Assembly (NCBI GenBank): GCA_013239625.1
Contig: MU053594.1
Coordinates: 1,519,654 to 1,583,653, forward strand
DNA length: 64,000 nucleotides
Reading direction: 5' to 3'
From: Lama guanicoe
Taxonomy: Eukaryota
In this document: in pieces, positions 12,453 through 23,525 of the stretch
Numbering within the stretch: position 1 is the first letter of the stretch
Layout of the letters: every line of letters starts with the position of its first letter
Made by a program: the position numbers and the translations under genes
The notes under the pieces: generated by a model
Seen by the model: the letters and a program-made list of their open reading frames with translations, nothing else
What the model was told of the DNA's origin: nothing
Database searches by the model: none

Positions 12453-13321
12453 AATGCTCTAATTTAATAATCACGAATAAAAGCAAAAGATGAGCCAAAA
12501 CATTAAGTCACACAGTAACAGACATACGAACAGAGAGGAAAGGCCTTCCCTTTAGGGTAGCTACTGCTAGTTTCACATTCTGGTTTTGCAGTATTCATTG
12601 ACACACTGGACAGCTTTGTTGGTTGGTAATGCAAACTTTCCAAGACCTTTAAAATCTAATTATGGTTTTTAATGCAACACTTCTCATGATACTAGATTTA
12701 TGTGAGTTGAGTATTGTATAATTGGGGGAACTATTGTAGTCTGGAGGTGAGAAATGTAATCATAACATCCATGAAATTCACGGCATAGAAGAAAACTCAG
12801 TTTCCAAGGGTGGCACTGACAGCTCCTGCCGTGACTTGTCCAGCCTTCATGCTTGTCTCTCTCTACTTCATACTGACTTCTGTTCATCAGATTCATCCCT
12901 GATTGGCATCTAAGCCATTCATCCATTCACTAGTCAACCACAAAGCACTAATTGAGCACCTGCTGCGTGCTGGGCTCTACACCAGGCACAAGGAAGAATT
13001 AGTCACAGTCCCTGCCCTTCCCAGACCACAGTCTGATGGGGGAGGTGACCAAGGCAACACATACAAAACCTTTGACCCGAGTTGATGGGGTTAGGGACAG
13101 CATTCCAAGTGATGGGCATGGCAAGGGTACAGCAGAACCAAAACTTGTTTCTTATTTCAAAGTTCTGCCCAAATATAAGGAAATGGAAGAGGAAATTCAT
13201 GACTGGTGTGTTTGTCTTAATAAACCCCACAAAGATTTCTGTCTACCTAGGAGCGTCAGAAGGCCCTAAGCGGAAAGGTCAGGGAGGACTTTCTTACTTG
13301 GACTTGTCAAAAATAAAGTGG

Positions 13322-13335
13322 GTTGCCATGGAAAC
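13322..13335. promoter_or_regulatory. RFX X-box
   Basis: GTTGCCATGGAAAC matches the RFX consensus GTNRCCATGGYAAC/GGAAAC and sits within a longer near-palindrome aaagtgg...cacttt. Confidence 0.5.
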
Positions 13336-13479
13336 CACTTTTCCATTTATTCCCTTTCTCTTTTCCAGCCATGCCCATCGTCTCTCCCTTCTTCCACTAA
13401 GCTTTGCTCCTTCTCTTTCATTCTTGGATCCTTGACTGTGCCACTCCCTCTACCTACAACACTCCCTCCACCCAGCCTT

Positions 13480-13763
13480 CCTTCATCTTCCTGGCCCCCA
13501 CTCCTCTTTCAGCTCAGCTTGGGTTTTACCTCCTCTGGGAGCCCTTCCATGACCACCGCCACCCACAAACCAGACTGGACCCACCTGCCTAGGGGCTGTC
13601 CCTGCTGCAAAACTCATACTTATTCAATACCTATCTTTCCATTTTGCTGGACTGTAAGCTCCTCAAAGACAGACAAGACTGGTATTTGTCTTGTTCATCA
13701 CCAAACTCCCCACACCTAGCAGAGTACACGGCATATGAGAGGGTGCAGTCAAATGGATGAATG
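13480..13763 (+). mobile_element. L2 3' end (interrupted at its tail by a SINE)
   Basis: 'ttacctcctctgggagcccttccatgacc...gactgtaagctcctcaaagacagac...cacacctagcagagtacacggcatatgagagggtgc'. Confidence 0.75.
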
Positions 13764-13901
13764 GGGGGGAGGGCACAGCTCAGTGGTAGATTGCGTGCCT
13801 AGCATGCACAAAGTCCTGGGTCCAATCCCCAGTACCCCATTTAAAAATAAATCAATACATAAACTAATTACCATCCCCCACCCAAAAAAATTTTGAAAAC
13901 A
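13764..13901 (+). mobile_element. Vic-1-like SINE
   Basis: 'ggggggagggcacagctcagtggtagattgcgtgcctagcatgcacaaagtcctgggtccaatccccagtacccc'. TSD caaatggatgaatg/caaatagatgaatg (13750-13763 and 13902-13915). Confidence 0.92.
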
Positions 13902-14261
13902 CAAATAGATGAATGAGTAAGTGAACAGAACATCCTCTGTCCCTGAAAGTGGCTACATGGCCATGTAATGGGAGTCGTATAGAGAAGATTCTAGATGGGG
14001 CAATAGGGTTGGGGCTTCAGAGTGTTCTACATGACCTTAAGCTCTGCTCCAATTCAACAAGACCAAATACAAAGGAAACTATCTTTTCTTGAAAGAGCGA
14101 TTGAAAGGTCAAATGTGGCTACTGGTGTCTTTCTTCACTGCTGCTCTGCAAAGGTAAGTAAGGCTGCTGACAGAGCAGGAGGTCCACTAAGAGCCTACAT
14201 CCAGAGCCGAAGTCTGACTCCCTCCTAGGGGACTGAGCCACCCCACGGGGACCACACTCAT

Positions 14262-14375
14262 GGTGTGGTTGTTCTTAAATGGTCCGGCTCATGGTCAACC
14301 TTGAGAACCCAGTGAAAGTTATGGAATGTCCCCCTCCAAAAGCACACAGACACGTGGATTTAGAAGGCTGCTTAC
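14262..14375 (+). mobile_element. Charlie4z-like hAT MITE fragment
   Basis: 'gttcttaaat...tcatggtcaaccttgagaacccagtgaaagttatggaatgtccccctccaaaagcacac'. Confidence 0.5.
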
Positions 14376-14623
14376 TCTTTCAACTCCCTTGAGCTCACAA
14401 ACAGACCTCAAGTTGAGATGCCCAGCCCAGTATGAAGTAGTTACCAAGATTATATGTTTCTGAGGACGTCCTCGGCCACAAGAAGCACTGTTTTCCTTTC
14501 CCTCTCAAATCCTTGGGGTGACGGTGACCAAAGCAGACCAGACCGCCACCAGCCTCACCCAGCCACTGACAGATACTGAACAATCTGGGAAGACTGACCA
14601 GTAAACTCCTTGAGTTCTGGGTC

Positions 14624-15108
14624 TGTCTACTGGGAACGAAAAATAGTGCAAACCGTATTAGTAAACAAAGAAGGCTGAAGCCATCAAGTCATCAGCGGCT
14701 GCCGCCACCCCCCAGCGAAGACAAGCCTGCAGTCAGCCTCTCAGCCACTCACAATGGTGCCCTCTGGGGGGACTCAGAATAAAAATGGACAGGATACTGG
14801 CCCTAGATAGCTAGGTGCTTGTCAAAGGAATGAATTCAATGAGCCCAAATGTTTGTTTCCCCCCATACATAGAAAAGCACTGAATTCTTTAACTTGAGAT
14901 GCCTGTTTTTCTTTAGATAACAAGTAATCTTTTATTGTTCCAACTACCTGGACTTTGTTGTAAAGCTCCTATATATCCTAGCTCTTCCCCTACGTCTTCG
15001 GAGCAGTCCCTCAGAGCCGTCTGAGAGGCTGTCATCCCAGGCTCGAGTTCTCCCACCAAATAAAACGTAGTTCTCAACTTTTAGGCTGTGCGTTTATTTC
15101 AGTCGACC
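14624..15108 (+). mobile_element. ERV1-type solo LTR
   Basis: Starts tgtctactg and ends cagtcgac (terminal inverted repeat). TATA-like cctatatat at ~14970 and AATAAA at ~15058 in LTR order. No clean TSD seen. Confidence 0.8.
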
Positions 15109-15899
15109 CTACTTAGTGTAGCATCCCAGGGATGCTACACTCCACTGGGAAAGACCAGTGGAGATTTAAAAGAGAGACAGACAGAGATGAAAAGAATGAG
15201 ACAGGATTACAGAGAGAGACTCAGAAAGGTAACAACAATACAGAGAAAGAGTTGGAGTCCTGAAAACCAGGAGCAGACGTTTAGTCCCCTCCCGGCCACA
15301 CAGCAGCCCCGAGGAGACGCGAGGCTGGCCAGCTGTGCAACTGCTTAAATTGTTAGGACTTGAATTGATAAGAACCAGTGTAACATTTGTGCTTCCTGTT
15401 TCTCTTACTTACACAGAAGAAAAAAAAACTCAAGAAAACTCTGTTTCTCCAGCCTTAACTTCCTCCCGGGAGCCAAGCTCCTTCAAAGTCAAGAACGAAA
15501 TGGTAAGTTGGGGCGGGGGAAGGGAGCCCCTGGGCAAGGCCGTGTTTCGCTCCAGCTCAAAGACCAGCTCTCCAGGCCCTTGGCTTGCTCCTTCTCTCTT
15601 GCTGGTTCCAATCTCAGCAAAACTCTGCAATTAAATTGCCACCAATTTGTAGTCTCCTGTGGTGGCTTCTGGCCTATCTCGTGCTGGAGCCTAGAAGAAT
15701 GGCTGGGAACAGGAGGACAGGAGCTCTGGGGGCAGAGGTCAAGTTCAACTTCATCTCCCCAACCCCCCAGAGCAGATGTCCCTCACACCACCCCCACCCT
15801 GGCCAACATCGGGGTACTCCTACCCCAACTTCGAGGCCTACCTCAGGGCTTCTGAAGGCCTCTGTGACCCTCGCAGGCCAGGGAGATGGGAAGCCACGG

Positions 15900-16135
15900 T
15901 GCTTAAGAGCGCAGGGCGGCCTCTGACAGACCAGCCTTTGAACCCCAGCTCTGCCTCTGCCCACCTGTGTGGCTTAGCCAGTTGTCCAGCCTCTCTAAGC
16001 TCCAGCCCGGTTCTCTGTAAAATTAGCTGAATAATACCCGCCACACAGGTTGTTGTGAGCGTTACGTGCAGCTCTGCAGGGAGTGCATTTAGCACAGTAT
16101 CTGTCACGTGGTAGGAGCTCAGCGAACATCGTCTG
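15900..16135 (+). mobile_element. MIR SINE
   Basis: 'tttgaaccccagctctgcctctgcccacctgtgtggcttagccagttg...ctgtaaaatt...gttgttgtgag...gcatttagcacagtatctgtcacgtggtaggagctca'. Confidence 0.8.
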
Positions 16136-16324
16136 TTAGGCTTAAATGCCCACTTCCTCCCCGGCTCCCACAAAACACTGAAATAAGCCGACGCCCCAGC
16201 ATTTAACCACACTGGGATGAAATGGGTCTGTTTCATGACTCCACGGAAAAAAAGCCTGCTCTCCATCTCCAGCACCGAGCACACCACGGGCGCACCACGT
16301 TTGACACATAAGCGAAATTAGGAG

Positions 16325-17066
16325 CTAGAAAGGAAAAACTGTTTTTCTCCTGTACTTTCACACTCCACTCACAATATCTCTGGCCACCAAGTTCCCATAC
16401 CAGGCAATTCTCAGACACCAGCTGGATGTGCCACAATTGAACTCAATTCGGGCACTATGTACCCAGAGATATTATCAGAAACCACAGGTTAAGGGTTCGT
16501 GCCTACAAGACTGCCCCTCACCCCACTTTAGGCACCAATGGCAAGTCCAGGTTGTCACCTGTGCCTCTAAGTGACTGGTGATAAATCCAAGGTTCCCATG
16601 ACCCCCAACTTGCTAGAGCAGTTCACAGAACTCAGGGAAACAGCTTGCTTACTAGATTACCAGTTTATTATAAAACAAAGTAACTTAGAAACAGCCAGCT
16701 GGAAGACACATGTAGGGCAAGGTAGGGGGAAAGAGGCATGCAGCCTCCTTGTCCTCGCCAAGCGGTCACCCTCCCGGCATCTCCACATGCTCATCAACCC
16801 AGGAGCTCTCTGAATCGCATACTTTGGGGATTTTTATGGAGGCTCCATTACATAAGCATGATCCATTACATCATTGGCCATCAGTGATTGACTCCACTTC
16901 CAGCCCCTCCTTCCTCCCCCTCCCCAGAGATTGGCTTGTTAAGAATAACAAAAGACTCTTTTTTTCATATTTATGGCTCTTATCTCTTAGGAAATTCCAG
17001 TGGTTTTAAGAGCTCTGGGCCAAGAACAGGACCAAGATATTTCTTATTATAAATCACAATATAATA
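16325..17066. mobile_element. MER21-like LTR
   Basis: 'gacaccagctggatgtgccacaattgaactcaattc...cacaggttaaggg...ttgctagagcagttcacagaactcagggaaac...ttcttattataaatcacaatat'. Confidence 0.8.
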
Positions 17067-17784
17067 GGAGCATACTACACACAGGGTCAGCTCACATTTT
17101 CCCTGTCAATATGGACTCAGAAAAAATCCGTGGACCCTACTCAGGCTTCTGGAGGTTTCTCTGTAATGTGATGATCATGGTTTGTCCTCTCTCTGATTTG
17201 CCTAGTCAGCCCCTTGCTCTTTAAAACTAAATGGGGCACTCGGGGAAGGGGCCCCTGCCCCCACTTAGGGTCTGAGCACTTGGTGAAACCTTTCACCCTC
17301 AGGTGAGGCAGAATTAACATTCTCAAGGGCAACAAGTCTCAAGCCAGTGGTTCCGGGTCCTCATCTGCATGGGTGAAAACATGCCCTGTGTTGTCTTCAA
17401 GGCAGAAACTGCCCAAAGAGCCACTCAACCGGCTCCAGGAAATGGCTAAATGGCAGGTCAAACTGCCCATAACTTTGCCGAGGAGGACGGCTGGATGATT
17501 GTATCACCTCTCCAGGGAGAAATGAAATTCAGAATTCAAGCGCCAAGAAAAGGAATCATAAAAAGCATCCCCCATGCAGGATTTACATCCTGCCGTAAAA
17601 CCGGGAAGGACTTGGGATGCACAGAGCAGAGGATGCTTCTATCAGCAGCGCACGTTTGTCAGGAAACACCTCCCTCGGCTGGACCAGACTGTTTGCTTTC
17701 AGACGATTCCTGCCAGGGCCAGACAATCCAGACATTTGCAATTATAGCATATCAATTTGTTTTTAAATTATAAGGCTTCTGGGA

Positions 17785-18200
17785 AGAGCCGACTCCCTGC
17801 CAGAAAGATGCTGCGCAGCGCTGGGGGCAGCCGCCCTGCGATGTGGCGCGACCACCGATCTGCCCAGACGCAGAGGATTTATCCCCTGCGCGCGCAGCCA
17901 GCCCTCGCTGGGCCACGGGACTGGGCAAACTGGGAGCCGCCCCTCCCTCCCTCTGGTAGCACTGGGTCTGCAAATGCCTAACCAGCCCTTCCCAGCACTT
18001 TTCACAGGTTGCTACAGGCCTCCTCCTCAAACCTCAGCAGCCTTTCAGGTGTTTCTGTTCCCCCGTTGTGTGTACGCGCCCACGAGGAGAAGAGATGGAT
18101 GGGGGAGGGTACCCGAGGAGTTGGCCTCCCAGGCTCTCCTGCCTGTAATCCGCCCTTCCCTCCTCCTCATCCCCAGGGAAGGCCGCCGGCTCCTCACCTG
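17785..18200. promoter_or_regulatory. Small GC/CpG-enriched patch (possible enhancer or weak promoter)
   Basis: Locally dense CpGs (gctgcgcagcgctg, tggcgcgaccaccga, ctgcgcgcgcag) in an otherwise CpG-depleted window. Confidence 0.35.
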
Positions 18201-18683
18201 GGGGACTGAACATGGCTCCGTTCTTTCAGAGCATCAAACTCCCCTGATGAAGGGCTCCAGAAAGTACCCTGGTAGAGTCACAGGGCAGGCGAAGAGACTA
18301 CCTCTGGTAGCACATGGTGGAGGTGAGGACAAGGCTGTACCCTAACTCCCCAGCCCTCTCTCCTGGAAGACCTCACCAGCTGGTAACCTCCTCTCCTCTC
18401 TGGGGGCACTCCTCCCCTTCTACATGGAAGGGGAGCCCCAGTCCTGAATCCTCTCTTGTGGGAGCCCCTGATATGGACTGGATGTCAGTAAAGTCACCCC
18501 CGATCTGAGCTTCTGTCTTGTTGGGAGTTGAGGGTGACAGGAGCAGCTATCATTTCCTGGGTGGAGAGATGTGGGTGCTTCAAATGCACTTGGGTTTTTC
18601 TCCCTGAGAGCCATCCATAACCAGCTTCCTCTTAATTTTCTGACATACAGACATACCTCATTCACAATAATTTGTTTTCTTTT

Positions 18684-18782
18684 AAGGGAGGGAAATAACT
18701 CAGGGCACAGCATATGCTTAGTATGCACAAGGTCCTGAGTCCAATCCCCAGCACCTCCATTAAAAAAAAAAAAACCCATGAG
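18684..18782 (+). mobile_element. Vic-1-like SINE
   Basis: 'gcatatgcttagtatgcacaaggtcctgagtccaatccccagcacctccatt' plus A-tail. 15-bp TSD aatttgttttctttt at 18669-18683 and 18783-18797. Confidence 0.9.
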
Positions 18783-19430
18783 AATTTGTTTTCTTTTGGA
18801 AGCCAAATATTCATTTTTGCTGTACAACTTGAACTCTATTCCTTGTGAATCAATTATCCTGATCTTTCTATGATAAAGAATCCTTTTCTTCCTCAGCCAC
18901 ATCATTACAAAGTGCCCCCGAAGGCCCCTGCCTGAGCTGTCTAGGACAATGGGGCCATACTTCTAGACATCACTTAGGATGATGATTAGGGATGGCATAG
19001 GGACCACTCTGGTTCATTCTACAGCACATACAAACTAAGGCACCACTGACATCCCTGCATCATGCAATCTGCCTTTCCAGACTCCTGCCACTTACCCAGA
19101 AGCAAAGCATCTCTTGATCAGGGCCCAGAGAAGCAGCCTTTCCAAGAAGAATGGGAAGGTGAGCAGTAACGGTAGCTGTCAAGACCACAGAATCACCTCT
19201 GATGCCAGGTCACATGAATTTCCAGACCAGAAAGCCCTGTTGATCACCAGGCAGAGCCTAGTGTGTATCTGGGAACTTCAGAGGTCTTGAGTGGCTGTCA
19301 TTCCTTCCTAACCAGCTTCTGTACCTTCATTCTGGATTTAAGTTTTGAGACATTGAGGCCACCAGAATTATCTTCCAGATTATTCCCCTGCTCTGAAGAA
19401 CCTAGATGGTAAAAAAAAACCTTTCTCTCT

Positions 19431-19505
19431 CACATGCTTAGCATGCACAAGGTCCTGGATTCAATCCTCAGTATCTCCATTAAAATTTTTTTTTAATTTC
19501 TAAAA
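19431..19505 (+). mobile_element. 5'-truncated Vic-1-like SINE
   Basis: 'catgcttagcatgcacaaggtcctggattcaatcctcagtatctccattaaa', flanked by ctttctct on both sides. Confidence 0.85.
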
Positions 19506-19539
19506 AAGAAGTCTTTCTCTACTGAGCCTTTTCTTCATT

Positions 19540-20132
19540 AATTATACATCTTCTAGTGTCTTCTGAGAAAAATTCTCCCACTATTCCACATACTCTTAAA
19601 ACCCCATTCTCTCCCTTTGTTTCTTGGTCGGGTCTCTAGAAAAAAACTCTACACTTACTTCACTTCTCATCACCCCACCCACTGAAACCTGGTTTCCACA
19701 CCCACAGCTCGAACATCTGCTGCTAACGTCTTCAGTGACCTCTTTGTCATGAAATCCAACATCCATTGTGATATTAACTCCTCCTGGTTTTCCTCTGCTG
19801 CTCTGGGTGCCTGTTAGCAAGGATGACCTTGAAAGTTGCATCTAATTCAGGGCACTTTTCAAAGTGGAAAGGGAAAGAGGAAACTATTATGTGAACATAA
19901 CGGGCATAAACCAGAACAAACTGCCAACAAACCAGGACATATGATCACACTTATCATCAGTCTCCTTTTCTGGCTTCTCTTTCTCTACTTGTCCTTAAAG
20001 GCCAGTGTCTCTCAGGGCTCTGTCCATAAACCCTCCTCTTTCCCTTCTACACACTTCTCCTAAGTGATCTTCCCCATTACCAAGACTTCAAATATCATCT
20101 AAATACTAATGGTTTTCAAATCTGTATCTCCA
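19540..20132 (+). mobile_element. L2 fragment containing a MER94-like hAT-Blackjack insert (~19815-19955)
   Basis: L2-type pyrimidine-rich text ('cagtgacctctttgtcatgaaatccaa', 'gtctctcagggctctgtcc...aaatctgtatctcca'). The insert ends 'aaaccaggacatatgatcacactta'. Confidence 0.65.
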
Positions 20133-20133
20133 A

Positions 20134-20305
20134 ATGCAGTAGTCAGTCTCAAAGATGGTACCAATGATCGTTGAGGTCCAGTATTCACATCCTACATCAT
20201 CCCTCCATCAGTGGATCAAGGTCAGTCTGTGTGACCACTAGGATGCGGTGAAAGTGATGGTGTGTGACTTCCGAGGGTAGATCAGTAAAAGACATTTCCG
20301 TTTCT
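20134..20305 (+). mobile_element. MLT1-type MaLR LTR, 5' part
   Basis: 'tctcaaagatggtaccaatgatc...gtgaccactaggatgcggtgaaagtgatggtgtgtgacttccgagg'. Confidence 0.7.
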
Positions 20306-21431
20306 AAGAATATACAATGGAGAAAAGACAGTCTCTTCAGTAGGCAGTGCTGGAAAAATTGGACAGCAGCATGTAAATCAAGTTACAACACTCCCTCACA
20401 CCATACACAAAAATAAACTCAAAATGGCTTAAAGACTTATATATAAGACGAGACACTATAAACCTTTTAGAAGAAAACATAGGCAAAATATTTTCTGACA
20501 TAAATCTTAGCAATGTTCTTCTAGGGCAATCTACACAGGCAATAAAAATAAAAGTAAAAATAAACGGGCCCTAACTCAACTTATAAGCTTTTGCACAGCA
20601 AAGGAAACCATAGGCAAAACAAAAAGACAACCTACAGAATGGGAGAAAATATTTGCAAAAGATACGATTGACAAGGGCTCAATTTCCAGAATATATAAAC
20701 AGCTCATACAACTTAATAATAAAAAAACAAACAATCCAACCAAAAAATGGGCAGAAGACCTAAATAAGCAATTCTCCAATGAAGACATACAAATGGCCAA
20801 TAGGCACATGAAAAAATGCTCAGTATCACTAATTATCTGAGAAATGCAAATCAAAACTACAATGAGGTATCACTTCACACCAATCAGAATGGTCATCATT
20901 CAGAAGTCCACAAACAATAAATACTAGAGAGGCTGTGGAGAAAAGGGAACCCTCTTAACACTGTTGGTGGGAATGCAGTTTGGTGCAGCCACTGTGGAAA
21001 ACAGGAGAGAGATTCCTCAAAAAACTAAAAATAGATTTCCCAAATGATCCAACAATCCCACTCCTGGGCATATATCCAGAGGGAACTCTAATTTGAAAAG
21101 ACACTTGCACCCCAATGTTCATAGCAGCACTATGTACAATAGCCAAGACTTGGAAGCAACCTAAATGTTCATTGACAGATGACTGGACAAAGAAGATGTG
21201 GTATACTTATACAATGGAATACTACTCAGCCTTAAAAAAGAATAAAATAATGCCATTTGCAGCAACATGGAAGTTCCTGGAGAATTTCATTCTAAATGAA
21301 GTAAGCCAGAAAGAGAAAGAAAAATACCATATGATATCACTCATATGTGGAATCTGAAAAAAAAAAAGACACAAATGAACTTATTTACAAAACAGAAACA
21401 GACTCACAGATGTAGAAAACAAACTTATGGC
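20306..21431 (+). mobile_element. L1 ORF2 3' region, truncated at both ends
   Basis: ORF 21115-21357 [18 protein letters not shown]...HMISLICGI is the L1 ORF2p C-terminus. The upstream part has frameshifts and stops. It ends abruptly at 'aaacttatgg' with no poly-A. Confidence 0.96.
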
Positions 21432-22664
21432 AGCTGCCCTGGGAAGGGTGCCAGATGACTCTCCTCAGAGGTGGAAACCTCCTCAGGGTTCTGACAGCTG
21501 CAGCCCTCCCAGCAGCTCGGGGAGTAAGTCCTTGGTCTCTGCTGACGGCTCTCCCAGGAACCTCTGCTGTTTGCTCCTATGCCATCCTCACTCACACTGC
21601 ACTGTAATTGCATGATTCTAGTCTCTGCCCTCCTGAGCACAGGTTCACACCTTTTTTAAATCTCTCCAGTCCTGCACCTAGTACTACTGGGCATATAGTA
21701 AGTGCTCAGTAAAATAGTATTGAATTTGAAGGACCAGAGGTGACGTTCAGTGCCTTCCAGGGGATGAGACTTGTTCAGAGCTCTCTGGAAACCCTCCTTC
21801 CCCGAGCTGCTTCAGCTCCCACCTAAGCCATGACCAAGTGGCATTCCCAAGGGCAGGTCTGTTCCCAGAACAGAGGGTGGAACCAGCGCCGAGCCCTGGA
21901 GGAACAAGGGTGGGCACACTGCCCCCTTGTTGGGTCATCTATCTGCCACTGGAACTGCAGAGCCAGAATTCACAAGTCTGATGCAACCAGATGACCCAGA
22001 GGGATATTTTTTTCCTCCTAATTCTATTCTCACTTATTAAATTTTAAACAGCCTTCGAAGACTCCAGCCTAACACGAAATCAAACGCAACAAAACAATGT
22101 GGTCTTATTAAGACGGCAGAGCAGACGGCCCCGCTCTGCAGCAAAGCTGTGAGTTACAGCAGAAAAATCAACCATCTTCCTCATGTCCCCAGGGGGCCCG
22201 GCATTCCACCCAGAGGTCAAGACCCCAGCTCCTGGGATCTCCAGCTGCCTGCACACATCCTCACCTGCAGGCTGCTGCCAAGACAGGTCAGGAGCCCTCT
22301 GATAGCTTCCAGCTGTCTGGGAAAGCCCAGGGGGTCAGGAGGCTGTGCCCCAAAATAGCTCATTGCAGCTGAGGTTCTCTCTCTGCACCAGCTATGAGAG
22401 CTGCAGCCTTGATCGCTGGGTAGGGTTCTTCAAGAATTTCCTGTGTAAATGGACAGGGCACTCCTACAGGAGAGTCAGGTGTGGTCCCTGGGGTTGTCCT
22501 GAGAACATATGTACTTCTGCCTCCATTTTCGCTGCCTGAGCTGGGCCCTGAAGTGGGACATGAGACATTCTGAACCATCCTTTTAGATACAGGGACTTCT
22601 TGAGATAGTATGAAATCAAGTTATGTAAATCACTGGCAAGCAAAGTGGGCTTTCAATTGGATGA

Positions 22665-22855
22665 TCATATAACTTAGCTAAATTAGGACACTTTTGAGAA
22701 TGAAACACACGGCTGTTAATCATTAAGCCAACAATATACACAAATACTGAGTTATTGTGTTATACACCTGAAACTAACATAATGTTTGTCAATTACACAT
22801 CGATTGTTTTAAAAAGTCATTAAGCCAAGATCTGGGTAAATTGTTACTGTCTCTG
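22665..22855 (+). mobile_element. MER94-like hAT fragment interrupted by a short L1 3' tail (~22733-22815)
   Basis: 'atgatcatataacttagc...aggacacttttgagaatgaaa', then L1 tail 'tatacacctgaaactaacataatg', flanked by the duplication tcattaagccaa. Confidence 0.6.
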
Positions 22856-23439
22856 GTTTTAGACTCTTCCATTCCACTCATGAGATTTCAGCCCACTCCT
22901 GACCCTCTTTCCAAGCCTCACCGTGCCCTAAGCTCACCCCGAGGGCGAGGGGTGAGGATGGAGTGGCCTGGATGAAGTGCAGGTCAGGAAGGCATGTGGT
23001 CCAGAGAAGGGATGAGGGACACACAGAGGTGGTGTGTGCTTCCTGGGAATTCTGAAGGGCATTTTCCTCTGAAATCCAGTGCTCAGCGACCAAGGCACAA
23101 GTTTCTATTATGCACATTCTCTTTTGTGACCAACATAGCGCTCAGCACAAAAGAGTTTCGTGGAGAAGGTGTTTCTGAGAGGGGAGGTGGGAGGGAAACC
23201 CATATCAAGCCCCCTCTCGTCCCAGTTTGCCCTGATCTGGCTCTGTCTTCTTTTGGGGGATGGGGCAGCATTTCTTCCCTCCAAGCTTCTGTTTGCTGAT
23301 CACCCTGAGCCACAGGAAGCTTGGATCTTCATAGGAGTAAGGAGACCAGACGCCACTGGTCCACTATCCCATGGAGGCCTGAAATACCAGGGGTCATTCA
23401 TCCTAGGGGAGAATGGGTGCTGGGTAGTGTGAATGTCAG

Positions 23440-23525
23440 TGTGTATGCACACCAGTGTGTGTGTGTGTGTGTGTACACCAGTGTGTGCGTATGTGTGTGT
23501 GTGTGTGTTGGTGCGTGTGTGCTGA
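23440..23525. repeat. Imperfect (TG)n microsatellite
   Basis: Direct reading. Confidence 0.95.

Noticed and set aside
17450..17773. EMKFRIQAPRKGIIKSI resembles a biotinyl-domain motif
   Set aside because: It lacks the AMKM context and the flanking domain, and the match is short enough to be chance.
18420..18905. 161-aa minus-strand ORF
   Set aside because: It reads through an antisense SINE and its T-tract and shows no homology.
21115..21357. Intact-looking 80-aa ORF
   Set aside because: It is the L1 ORF2p C-terminus within a truncated, frameshifted L1 and not a host gene.
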